Shown in pieces: positions 12,430 through 23,127 of a stretch of 64,000 nt of DNA (position 1 is the first letter of the stretch; each line of letters starts with the position of its first letter). A program made the position numbers and the translations under genes. Origin of the DNA: Orbicella franksi (Eukaryota). The stretch is from the NCBI GenBank assembly GCA_964199315.1, contig OZ116698.1, positions 5,208,001 through 5,272,000 of the forward strand, written 5' to 3'. The notes under the pieces are model-generated. The model did not search any database and had not been told where the DNA came from. It saw only the letters and a list, made by a program, of their open reading frames with translations.

Positions 12430-12552
12430 CGGCCTTTTGGGCTTGGCTTAAGGTCTGCCCATCTTCTTGTATCTCTTTGCTGGGTCTTCCACCCCTTTGG
12501 CCCAGTCTCTTTTCGCTGTTGCAATTATTTTGGGCTCATATTTACATCTCAA

Positions 12553-14039
12553 ATGCCTGTTCCTCAGCCTAAAACCATAGTTATCCATGCCGATGGCATA
12601 GTGGCTGCCATGTCTACCAATGTCATTGTTCAATTATTGTCGAAAAAACTCGACTTTAAAAGGGTTCAATCCATCCAATTTATTCCCAATGGTCGCATTC
12701 GGATCACTTTTACATCCACTGAATACCGTAATGCCATCTTGGGGAATAAAGTTTTGTGGCTCGATGATCTTCCCGAACTCCAGGTTATGGAGTCGGACTC
12801 CCCCGTTACCTCCGTGTACGTCCACTATCTTCCAGTGGAAGCCGGCAACACCGGGATTCGCTTGGCTCTTGCCCCTTTTGGCAAGGTACTCGACATCTCA
12901 TACCAGCGTTTTTCCGGTTTTAAGCAAATTTCGACTGGCACTCGAATCGTCCGTATGTCTTTGGAACAGCACATCCCGTTTCAATGCAATATCCAAGGCT
13001 ACCCTTGCCGTGTGTGGTATTCTGGTCAGCCGCTCAAGTGCACGATCTGCAAAGGGGCCCATAAAGCTGCGGAGTGTCCGGACTAAAACAAGTGTAAACG
13101 TTGCCATCAGCCCGGTCACTTCGCCAAGGACTGCAAAAATGCTTGGGGTACCACTCCCCAGAACCATCATGCTCCAGCGGGTCCATCCACTGCTCCCAAC
13201 CCTAATCCCCCTGCCCCCGTCCCTGATCCCCTGCCCCCACCCCTAATCCCCCTACCCCTGTCTCCATGGATCCTAATGCTGCGCTTCCAGCCAATCCCGT
13301 GACAAATCAAGCTCCTCCACCGTTGATGTCTCTCGATCTTTCATCTCCTCATCTGGTGGAGTCGTCTGATGTCTTGGGAGAGTCTTCCCAGGGTGAGCCA
13401 GTCTCATCGCAGCTCTCCTTGTTCTCCGGATCTGAGGATTCCATTCATCAATTTACTGATGAAGAGATGGAGCTTTCCCCTACTGTTTCCTCATCCCCCT
13501 CCATCTCCTCCTTCTCGAGCTCAGCTGATGCCAGTCAGAGCATCCTCCAAAATAGCGCAATTGTCTCTAGCGATCCACCTGCGGTCGAGCAAATTCAAAC
13601 TGTATCCACTAATAGTAATGTAGCTGCTCCAAAGGCGGCCACCGTATCTGGTAATAGTAATGTAGCTGGTCCAAAAGTGACCAAAGTATCTAATAGTAAT
13701 GTAGCTGGTCCAAAAGTGACTAAAGAATCTTATAATAGTGTATCTGGTCCAAAAGTAGCCGGGTCTAATAATAGTTCTAATAGTAGTTTAAAGGGTGAAT
13801 CTGCCCTACCCAAATTGAGCCAAAATAGTAATGCTTCTCAGTCTCCCTCTGGTGTTGTCACGGATTCGGACTTGGGTTCTGAGTCCCCGTTCAAGAACCC
13901 CCAACCCCCTAGACCTCGTCGGGCTCCTTCCCAGAGCCCTCAGCGAGTGCATTCTCGCTCCCCATTGGTTCCATCCTCTCCTGGAGCTCATAGGGGTATG
14001 CCCCAGATGTCGCCTGACCGACCGTCTAGACGCTCTTAG
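12553..14039 (+). pseudogene. Family A ORF1 (RRM-like region, CCHC knuckles, Pro/Ser/Asn-rich tail)
   Basis: MPVPQPKTIV...VWYSGQPLKCTICKGAHKAAEC, then CKRCHQPGHFAKDC; stop at 13084 and a frameshift; tail with GPKV repeats. Confidence 0.85.
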
Positions 14040-14068
14040 TCTCGTTCAAGCTCCCTCCCTATCTCCTT

Positions 14069-17000
14069 ATGGCTTTGTCCATAATCTCTCTTAATGTCAA
14101 CGGCCTTCGTGAGTCCTCTAAGCGTGATGGTCTTGTGCAGTGGTTGCGATCTCTTCCTGTCACTGCAGATGTTGTGTGTTTGCAGGAAACTCATTGTATC
14201 TCCGATGTGGAGTGTAATTCCTGGTTTTCTTCTGGATTTAGTTTTGTTCTTTCTCCTGGTACCCGTCGTTCCGGCGGCTCATTATCCTTTATCGATCTGT
14301 TCTGCGGCTAGTTAATTTTTGGTGTGAAGTTCCTGGTCGTTCCTTGTTGTGTGAGTTTTCTTTATATGATGTTTCATTTCGTGTGCTTTGCTTGTATGCC
14401 CCCAATCGCAACCCTGCTCAAGACCTCTTTTTCAATGGCATTGCTGATGCCGTTGACCCCTCTATTCCAACAGTTTTGTGCGGAGACTTCAATACGGTCT
14501 TCGACCATACCCTCGATCGTTTCGGCTCCTGTGCCGGTGATACCTCGAGGGAGAGTACTCCTGCCTTAACTCGTCTCTGACTCATGTTGTGTCGTTGACA
14601 TATGGAGATACCTCCACCCAAATTCTTCTAGCTTTACCTGAAACAGGTGGGACGGTCAATTTGCGTCCCGCATTGACCTCATGGGATGTCCTTATCCTTG
14701 GATTTCATCTGTGTCAGCTTGTGACATCGTTCCTTTTTCCTTTTCTGACCATTGTGCCTTGTTGTTTACCTTTTCTATTCCTGATGTCATCCCCCCTGGT
14801 CCAGGTTTATGGAAATTAAATGTCTCCATCCTTCAAGATACCGATTATACCAAATTGATCACTGACTTCTGGCTTTCTTGGCGTCTTGCTCAAAATAATT
14901 TTCCGTCCTTATCTGATTGGTGGGAGCTTGGCAAATTCAAAATTAAAGATCTAACAATTGGATATTGTTCCAAAAAGGCTAAAGAACGTCGGGCCGAACG
15001 AGCCCTTCTATCTCGTCTGGCTGATCACCTAAAATCTCATGTTGACCTTGGTGGTCTATCCTGCTTGGGCCCATATCAATCCACGCTTGCTGAGCTGTCC
15101 AGGTTTGACCTTGAGGCAGCTCGTGGTGCTCAAGTTAGGTCTAGGATTAGGTGGGTGGAGGAAGGGGAGCGGTCTTCCGCTTATTTCTTCCGTCTCGAGA
15201 AGAAGCGATCAGCTGATCGTCGTATTTCCGCACTGGGAGAGAGTGATGGCACTTTCACCTCTGACATCACTGGTCTTTGTTATTCCATCTCCTCTTTTTA
15301 TTCTGGCTTGTTCACCTCGGAACCTACAGATGCTGCCGCTTGCAAGTCACTGCTGAGTAACATCTGCTTGGCCTTGACTCCCGAGCAGGCCTCTTGTTGC
15401 AATGGTCTTCTGTCCGTTGGCGAATGCTGGTCTGCACTACTGGGTGGGCCAAACGTAAGGTGCCTGGCTCTGATCGCCTGCCCATGGAATTTTACGTTAA
15501 ATTTTGGGATGTCCTCGGTGAGGACCTTGTTTGTGTTCTTAATCCATGCTATCTTGATGGTTGTCTCTCCCTCTCTCAGCGCAGTGGTGTAATTTCTTTA
15601 TCTTTCAAGAAGGGTGATCGCCTTCACATTCGTAATTGGCGCGTGATCTCTCTTCTTAATGTCGATTACAAGCTTGCTTCTCGAGTCATAGCTGGTAGAC
15701 TCCTCAAAGTGTTTCATCTTGTGGTGGAGAAGGACCAAACTTGTGGTGTTCCTGGTCACTTCATCGGAGAGAATGTAGCCTTTCTTCGGGACGTTGTCAA
15801 CTATGCCACTCTGTCCAACGTTCCGGTTGCTATTCTCTCCCTCGACCAGGAAAAGGCTTTTGATCATGTAGAATGGTCTTTTATGCGTCAAACCCTTCAG
15901 TCTATGGGCTTCGGAGACTCCTTTGTCAGCTGAGTTGATCTGTTCTACAATAATGTACGCAGTTTTGTGAATGTCAATGGCTACCTGTCGCAACCTTTCT
16001 TCTTGTCTCGTGGTGTGCGTCAGGGTTGTCCTCTGTCCCCATTGTTATATGTCTTGGTTTCCGAAGTCCTAGCTGTCTCCATTCGCGCCAACCCAAGAAT
16101 CGTTGGTCTTTCTCTTCCTGGTGTGCCGGCTCCGCTGCCTCCTATCTCTCAATACACTGACGATACGTCCATCATCGTCATCTCTGATGATGCCATCAAA
16201 GCCACCTTTGAGACCTACTCCATCTACGAGAGAGGTTCTGGTTCCAAACTGAACCTCTCTAAGTCCAAAGGTCTGTGGCTTGGCTCGTGGAATGGTCGTC
16301 AAGACCCTCCCGTCAATCTCGACTGGTCTTCTACCAGGATCAAAGTCCTTGGTGTCTTCATCGGTGTTGGAAATCTTGAGGAGTGTAATTGGACGCCTCG
16401 TATCGCAGCTGTTGAAAACGTACTTTCTTCTTGGAGGCAGCGTCAGCTTTCTCTTCGTGGCAGAGCCCTAGTGATCAATGCCCTTGCTCTTTCCCGCGTC
16501 TGGTATGTGGCTTCACTTATCCACATGCCTGCATGGGTTCTCAAAGAGCTTAATACTCTGGCTTTCAATTTCTTCTGGAAGGGTAAACGAGACCTTGTGT
16601 CTCGTTCTGTTGTTGTCCAACCCTCCCTCCTTGGTGGTTTTTCGGTCGTGAGCGTCAAGTTTAAAGTGTGGTCCCTGGTTGCCCAGTGGATCAAACGCTT
16701 TGCCAGCTCCCCATCTAGCTGATCTGCTTTCATGACCTACTGGTTCTCCTCTTGCTTCAATGCCACCCCTGTTGATGTTTTTTCTCGTCCTTTGGATTTT
16801 GATCCTAGGGTTCTGCCTCGTTTCTACCAGTCGCTCATTCTAGCCTGGCGTTCGCTTGACGGCTCTTTTTCTGTTGGTCGCTCCTCTTTGGTGATGGGGT
16901 CGTCTTCACCTCACTTTCTGACCCCTGCCTCTGGGATGACGACCAAGTCTTGTTACCAGTACCTTCTGTCTGAAAATTTGGCTACCCCCCACTGTGTCGT

Positions 17001-17595
17001 AAAGTTCCTTCCTACGTTCGGTGTCCTTTATTGGTCTACTACGTGGAGGGAACTTTTCTTCTTCGACACCGACCGTCAGGTCATCGATCTTACCTGCAAG
17101 ATCGCTCATGGTGTCCTCTACACCGCTGCTCGTCTGGCTTCTTTTGGTTATGACTTTAACATTTCCTGCTTTTGTGGTCCAGTCTCCGAGACCCTTGAGC
17201 ATCTGTTTTTCCATTGTCCTTTGGCTTATAGTGTTCTTTCTTGGCTTCAGTCCTTAATGTTTGTGTCCTCTCCGTTGGCTCCTTCTCTGGTCTGTCGTCA
17301 TGCCCTTTTTGGTTTTAACTCCAATGAGTTAGCTGTGGTGCCTCGCGTTTTTGTTTACATTCTCAACGTCTGTAAATTCTTCATATGGCACGCTCGGAAC
17401 GATTTTCGCTTTCGCGATGTCCGTCCTGGAGCTGCCTCTGTGATCGAGAACGTCAAAACTCGTGTTTGCTTCCATCTTCCCATTCATTTCAAAAGGTTTG
17501 TGTCTTCCAGGAAACGTCGCTATTTCCATCGCCAGTGGGGGGCCCAAGGTGCTGTAGCATCCGTGGTCGGCGATCGTCTCGTTCTTCATCTTTAG
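14069..17595 (+). pseudogene. Family A ORF2 (APE endonuclease, RT, C-terminal Cys motif)
   Basis: SLNVNGLR, CLQETH, CGDFN, SDH; RVISLLNVDYK, QGCPLSP, QYTDD; CFCGPVSETLEHLFFHC; several frameshifts and stops. Confidence 0.92.
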
Positions 17596-18049
17596 TCTCA
17601 ATCTGGGTTGTGGGTCTTTTGTCTGTCTGAATCTAGACAGTTGTCTTTTGTCTGCTCGAATCTGGGCAGTAGCTCCATGCTCCTAATCTGAACGTTTTTT
17701 GTTTTTGTGTCCTCTCGTGCTGGGTCTCCTTTATTGGTGTACTGCACAGAGGCTTGTATCAGTTCTGTTTTTGTCTTGTTATGTTTGTCATTACGTCTGT
17801 CCCGTGATCGTCTTTGATGTCGTGTAAAGCCCGTGTCTGTTGAAGTGTGTTCAATTTCTGACCGAGGTAGGCAGGGTTCGATTCCCCGGCGAAGTTGGCG
17901 AACTGGCTACGTTGAGTAGGGGTTCCCTACCCTAGGTGGACCATCTAGATGGCTTTGCACTCCCAGCCACTACGATGGATGAGCTTGTAGGCCAGCAAGC
18001 ATTGCACTGCCCTTCGGGGAGCTTGGCTGTCCACCTTAAATATAAAAAA

Positions 18050-18066
18050 ACTTACCTGATGCGGGA
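18050..18066 (+). ncRNA. U1: Second U1 5' fragment (nt ~3-19), probable target-site duplication
   Basis: ACTTACCTGATGCGGGA directly after the family A poly(A); one mismatch to 6173-6189. Confidence 0.7.
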
Positions 18067-18325
18067 TTGTATGGCCGAAGGCCCTATCATTTTGGTACCC
18101 TTTTTGTTGTCCTTCTTTAATTTTGGTAAGTTTGCCAGCTTTTTGCTGGTTTTTGTGACTTTTCTAGCTATTCTCTGGGTGCCATCTTACCTTCGAGTCT
18201 TCTTGTTGATTTCTTGGTCACCCATCTAGTGTTTGGTTAAGCCGGGTTGCCCATCCATTGGGGTCCTCGCCCATCTGGGCTTAACCTTTTGCCTGGTGTT
18301 TATCATGTCGCCACCGTTTTTTTCT
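18067..18325 (+). mobile_element. 5' end of a second family A copy, truncated
   Basis: Aligns to 6190-6420 (TGTATGGCCG.AGGCCCTA, GGTAAGTTTGCCAG, GGTCACCCATC repeats). Confidence 0.85.
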
Positions 18326-18379
18326 TAAACACACGGTGGACATCGGTCGGTTCCAGGCCTCTCAGCGACAGCATATTGA

Positions 18380-18395
18380 TCACCATATCTCAAAG
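18380..18395 (+). promoter_or_regulatory. snRNA proximal sequence element (PSE) upstream of U2
   Basis: TCACCATATCTCAAAG at -59, resembling the vertebrate PSE consensus TCACCNTNA(C/G)TNAAAAG; same -59 position at 30089 and 36234. Confidence 0.7.
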
Positions 18396-18438
18396 GAGGA
18401 AACCCTGGACCACCCTCCCAGGGGAGGGAAGGTCCCGT

Positions 18439-18476
18439 ATCGCTTCTCAGCCTTTTGGCTAAGATCAAGTGTGGAA
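18439..18476 (+). ncRNA. U2: U2 snRNA 5' fragment (nt 1 to ~34-38)
   Basis: ATCGCTTCTCAGCCTTTTGGCTAAGATCAAGTGT followed by retroelement sequence. Confidence 0.95.
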
Positions 18477-21400
18477 TTACAGTTTTTTCCACGTGTGTTT
18501 TCCCGTCCCAAACTGCAAGTGGTACGCGATCAGGGGCCACTTTGCAAAATGGACGTGACATGAATGCTCCAGAACATGCTATTGAACATGATTTTTTGAG
18601 TACTCCTTTGCCTTCAGGTGTTTCTTGTTTTTCTTCGGGGCTGACAACTTCACCATCTGATGATAGTGTAACTCCTGTTGGGCCTTTGGGCCCAGAGACG
18701 GCTCCAGCTTCTCCAGTTGGCTATGCTGATGTTGTCCGTGGATCTGAGAATTTTATCTTAACCGGTTGCCTATGTTCCTGACCCGCAGAATGATTTGCCT
18801 ACTCAACCTCTATCTGTTTTTTTCAACCCGCGATCAATGATCCCAGCTCAAGACGTTTTCTAGGCGTTACAAGCCTCTGGTTTAGATAATACAAGTGTTT
18901 CGTGCATCCAGCGTTCATCTGGTGAAATCACGTTGACCTTCAGTAATGGCTGAGACCCTAAGAAGAGTTCCTCAGCAACAATGTTGTCAAAATTCGCGAC
19001 CAACCCTTTGCACTTCAGGATATTGACCGTCCCCTTACGTACCTGCAGATTTTTGATGCTCCGCATGAAATGGCCAATGCCACCATTATCCAGCGATTGG
19101 CAAAATATTGTGATGTCCTCCACCACTGCTGAGGTTATTTTCGTGATCAAGGCTGGGAACACATCCAGGATGGTGTCCGTCACTGTAGAGTTCAGATCAA
19201 ACAACCTATCCCGAATTTTATGTTTTGGTATCATCTTAGTTCATTTTCGTTATGAAGGCCAACCACATACATGTCCCCACTGGAACCAGACCGCCCACCA
19301 TGCCAACACGTGCCACTCGATCATCTGTTACAACTGTGAAGAACTTGGCCGTGTTGCATCAGAATGTCCCACTGAAGTTTTATGCAATATCTGTAAACAA
19401 CCTGACCACCAAGCTAAAACCTGTCTGTACTCGTGGTCCTGCCAAATTGATCATGATGACCCAGAGAATGTAAATCCCCAGGCCAACACTTCCCCTGAAA
19501 AAGAACCTCCCAAGACACCTGCCAAGACTGAACCATCCACAGATGATCACATGGATCAGTCTGAACCTTCAGAGTCCTCTGAAGACAGCCCGGAACAACA
19601 GTCACCTTCTGAAACGCAACAGTCACCTTCTAATACCCCCAGCTCTTTAAGAACACCCCACAGACCACAGAGCCCGCACCGAAACCACTACGCTCAAAAT
19701 CTGGCTCCTGAAGGCAACCAGTGCAAATTCAACCCACAGTTATTCCTTCCAGAACCCCCACACAACCTGTACTCGTCTCCAGCAAACCTCACAAAGATCA
19801 CACTGAGACCACTGACACTATTATGTACCCTGACTCTCCAGACAACGAATTGAAACAGAAAAGCATTCAACGGCAGCGTACTAACAAACATAAGAAGGAT
19901 AAATAGGTATCTCTTTATTTAGTTTGATTCCTTCTTTTATTATCTAACTTCCATTGCTGAATTCAAAGCTAAATTATTCACCTTGAATGTATGTGGCCTC
20001 AGCAACGATGCCAAACTAAATTGTATTTTTGACTTTGCGAAAAATTCAAAGTCCGACTTTGTTTATCTCCAAGAAACTCTGGCAGTGCGACCTGATGTAG
20101 TCGTATCCTTACGATCAAAATGCTGTGGTAAAAGCTTCTGGTCACCTGCACTCGGTAAACAGGGAGGTGTAGCCATTCTGGTTTCTGAATTTGAGGTATT
20201 GCAATGGAAGAAAGTTACATTCGGCAGGGTTTTGAGCGTTCTCGCCCGCTTAGGCGAGATTAATTACAATTTTGTTAATGTTTACGCCCCGACTAACCCG
20301 AGTGACAGGAAAAGTTTTTTGAATTCCATTAGAGATTATTTTTTCCCGAACTCTGTCAAGATTTTGGCAGGAGATTTTAACTGTACTTGTAACGAACCCA
20401 AGTAGCTGGCACGTGGTGCACGTTGAGATCGTCGAGCGTCAACCGCACGATGTAGAACAATTGGACAGGCTTTACTTGATCAGCGTTTATTAAGGTCGAC
20501 TTGCCCAAATATTATACATATGCAGTGAAAACTACAGAGTAGATTACAATACATAATTAAAAGAGAGCTAAAATTTACGAGATCTACAAAGGCGTGGTAA
20601 AAGGAAAAACGAAAAGGTGAATATAAACGAGTAGAACTTACATCCGGTACCGCGTTAAAGGCTGAAAAAAGGAAAGGTAACTCCAATGCTCCGACAGTAC
20701 TCCGATAGTTGCGTGTAAAGACTGACTACAAATAAACTCCGATCACCTCTTTCTCCTATGACAACGTAACTCTGACTGGCTAAAGTTAAAAGTGGCATTC
20801 CTGATCATGTGGCAAACGAAGGGCGTTCAATGGTGGAACGTCGCCAAACAGGAAGCATGTGGCTAACGGGTGTTCTATCCAAGAAAAGAGAATTGGCTGA
20901 TAATTGAAAGGGAACTAAGGTAATTAAAAAAGGCGACCGCGATGGCCTAAACAAAACTGGCAAAGACTTATCTCCTAATGATCTAAATAAAGGACTATTT
21001 ATGACAGTTTATATAGCGTTCGTGACAGTACTGAAAGCGAGAAAGATAACTTCGGTGGCAATTTTGTCTCTGCTAAAGAATTGAAGGAATTACGTGGGAA
21101 TGCCCGCCTAGTAGACATCTGGAGGAAAATACATGGTAATCTCCCCCAGTGCACTTGGTTTAATGCATCTAAATCCATTGGTTCGAGATTACCCAAGATT
21201 TAGTCCCCACTGTGACTAGTTGTGAAATTTTCCCTTCTTTCTTTTCCGTTCACGACTCTGTTGTTTTAGTCTTCAATGCGAAAGATTTTTCCTCTCACGG
21301 ACCTGGGGTTTGGCGGCTTAATTTAGGTTTGCTTCAGGGCACTCATTTTTGCGAAGTGATAACTAACACGATTTTTGAACATGTAGAATATCAATGTTTT

Positions 21401-22414
21401 CCTTCCTTACACGATTGGTGGGATTTTTTAAAGCTTTCTTTTAGAGGTATTGCTCAGGATTTTAGCAAACGGAAACAATGGAATTTGAATCCTGAGAAAA
21501 CTACCGCAACCAATTTACTAATAAAAACTAAACATGACCTTATCACTGGCGATGTTTTGGCCACTGATAAAATTGAGCAACTAGAAAGTAAACGACAAGC
21601 AATTAATCTTCTTCAAAATGAAGCTGTTAAAATTCGCAGCCGTGCTCAGTGGCTAGGAGGACAACCAACAAAATATTTTCTTGCGCTTGAGTCAACATGC
21701 ATGGAAAAGAATGCTGTTAAAGTGATTTCCAATGCTGATGAGGTTGAAGTCTCCTCACAACAAGAAATTGAAACCGCTCGTTATGATTTCTACTGGAAAT
21801 TATACTCTTGTGAAGGAGTACATTTTCACATTCAATGCAATTTTTTGGTTAACATTGACATTTCCCTTGATGATACTGATCGAACTCTGATGAAATCTCC
21901 CAAGCGGTCTGCGGGTTGTCTCCAGGGAAAACACCTGGCTCTGACAGATTACCTCAGGAATTTTATGTTAAATTCTGGGATCAGTTATGCCCAATTTTGC
22001 TCCAGCTCTATAATTTCAGTCTTGAGCAGGGATTCCTTAGCTCTTCCATGCAAGAAAGTGTCACACCTAATTTTTAAGACGACCCAAAAACTTGAATAAT
22101 TGGAGACCTATTTCCTTACTGAATGTTGATTATAAGATCTTATCAAAAGCCTTAACAAACCGTTTGTCAAAAGTTTTAACTTCAATCGTTCGAGAGGATG
22201 AAACCTGCTCCATACTGGGACGAACAATCTTCGATAATTCAGCGTTATTTTGAGACACTTTGGATTATATTACTCTGACTAATGAGACAGGTATTTTGGC
22301 GAGTTTAGATCAAGAAAAAGCTTTTGATAGAGTTGATTGTTCCTTCCTGAGCAATGTCTTACAGAAATTTGGCTTTGGCCCCGTTTTCCAACAACGGATT
22401 TCGGTTTTGTATCT
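18477..22414 (+). mobile_element. Keno-like Tx1 element, family B2 copy 1 (5' intact, 3' truncated)
   Basis: Starts at U2 nt ~38; ORF1 from 18550 (RYEGQPHTCPH, CYNCEELG, CNICKQPDH); ORF2 endonuclease from ~19970; RT to ~22414; paralogous to 30185-35190. Confidence 0.9.
20388..21027 (-). mobile_element. Solo LTR (640 bp) inserted in the B2 endonuclease
   Basis: TGTAACGAAC...GTTCGTGACA termini; 5-bp TSD GTACT (20383-20387, 21028-21032); the empty site is visible at ~32010; orientation inferred from AATAAA on the - strand. Confidence 0.85.
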
Positions 22415-23125
22415 CTATTTCCGGAAAAGACATCCCGTCAGCCATATTTGTAGAAGATGAATCATTACATGTTACTTTGCTGAATTTGGTCACCGAATGC
22501 ATAACTTTGCTAAATTGTGATGCTAAATTGTTTGTCACGGTTGCAGCTGTGAAGCGTGGAGTTGGCGCTGGCCGTTTGTGAGGAGAACTTCGCTTCCATT
22601 CGAAGATACTTGGCACAGCTCCTGGTTTGGGACTGATCCTTCCATTAAGACTTTTCTTTAAATCTTCAGGCTTAAAAATGCCTCAAACAAACCCTCGTTC
22701 CTTCCAATATAGAAAAATCCTTGCCTACATCTCTTCTAATGGCATGGATCCACAGCTTTCTGGTACTTGGATCGCCTGGAAAACGAAAAAAGGATATCTT
22801 TTCACCCATAGCTTTGTCTCGCTTATCCTTCTTCATACACAACGGAACGCTACAATGTGTTGGCATCTCTCAGCTAATCTCCGAGTAGAAAATATTCTTG
22901 TCAGTCAAAGTTGTCCCCTACAAAGCCTAAGGGAACCTTTTACCCAGCTATTTTTCAAAAGATAAAAATTTCAAATATTTTCACGTAGTTTTTACAGCTT
23001 AGAGACTCCAATATAATACAAATCTAAGTGCACTTCAAGGTTCACCTGGCCTACCAAGCCTCGCTTTCATGTTTTCAAAACCAGGCCATTCCGTGCAGCC
23101 GCCATTTATGAATGGCACAGTTTAA
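22415..23125 (-). mobile_element. Fragment of a THAP-domain DNA transposon (5' end)
   Basis: MPTHCSVPLC...FFRFP...WIHAIRR...VCLRHF (22672-22866) plus AVPSIFEW; superfamily not determinable. Confidence 0.7.
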
Positions 23126-23127
23126 TT

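Larger units (their letters stand above)
6190..18050 (+). mobile_element. Full-length Tx1-clade retrotransposon, family A (U1-associated), carrying a BEL insertion in its 5' UTR
   Basis: 5' UTR 6190-6426 plus 12430-12552; ORF1; ORF2 (APE endonuclease, RT, Cys motif); 3' UTR ending CCTTAAATATAAAAAAA; both ends flanked by ACTTACCTGA(C/T)GCGGGA. Confidence 0.88.

Noticed and set aside
12430-12440. CGGCCTTTTGG identical to U2 nt 10-20 right after the BEL 3' LTR
   Set aside because: Five of the 11 nt are the BEL TSD, there is no PSE or further U2 sequence, and copy 2 of the UTR lacks it. Treated as chance.
17860-17910. Possible HDV-like ribozyme (P2/P3/L3 and a CGAA segment can be drawn)
   Set aside because: No consistent P1 helix or G1 in the two copies (17860 and 59835). 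Reported only as a T-loop/B-box hairpin; an in vitro cleavage test would settle it.
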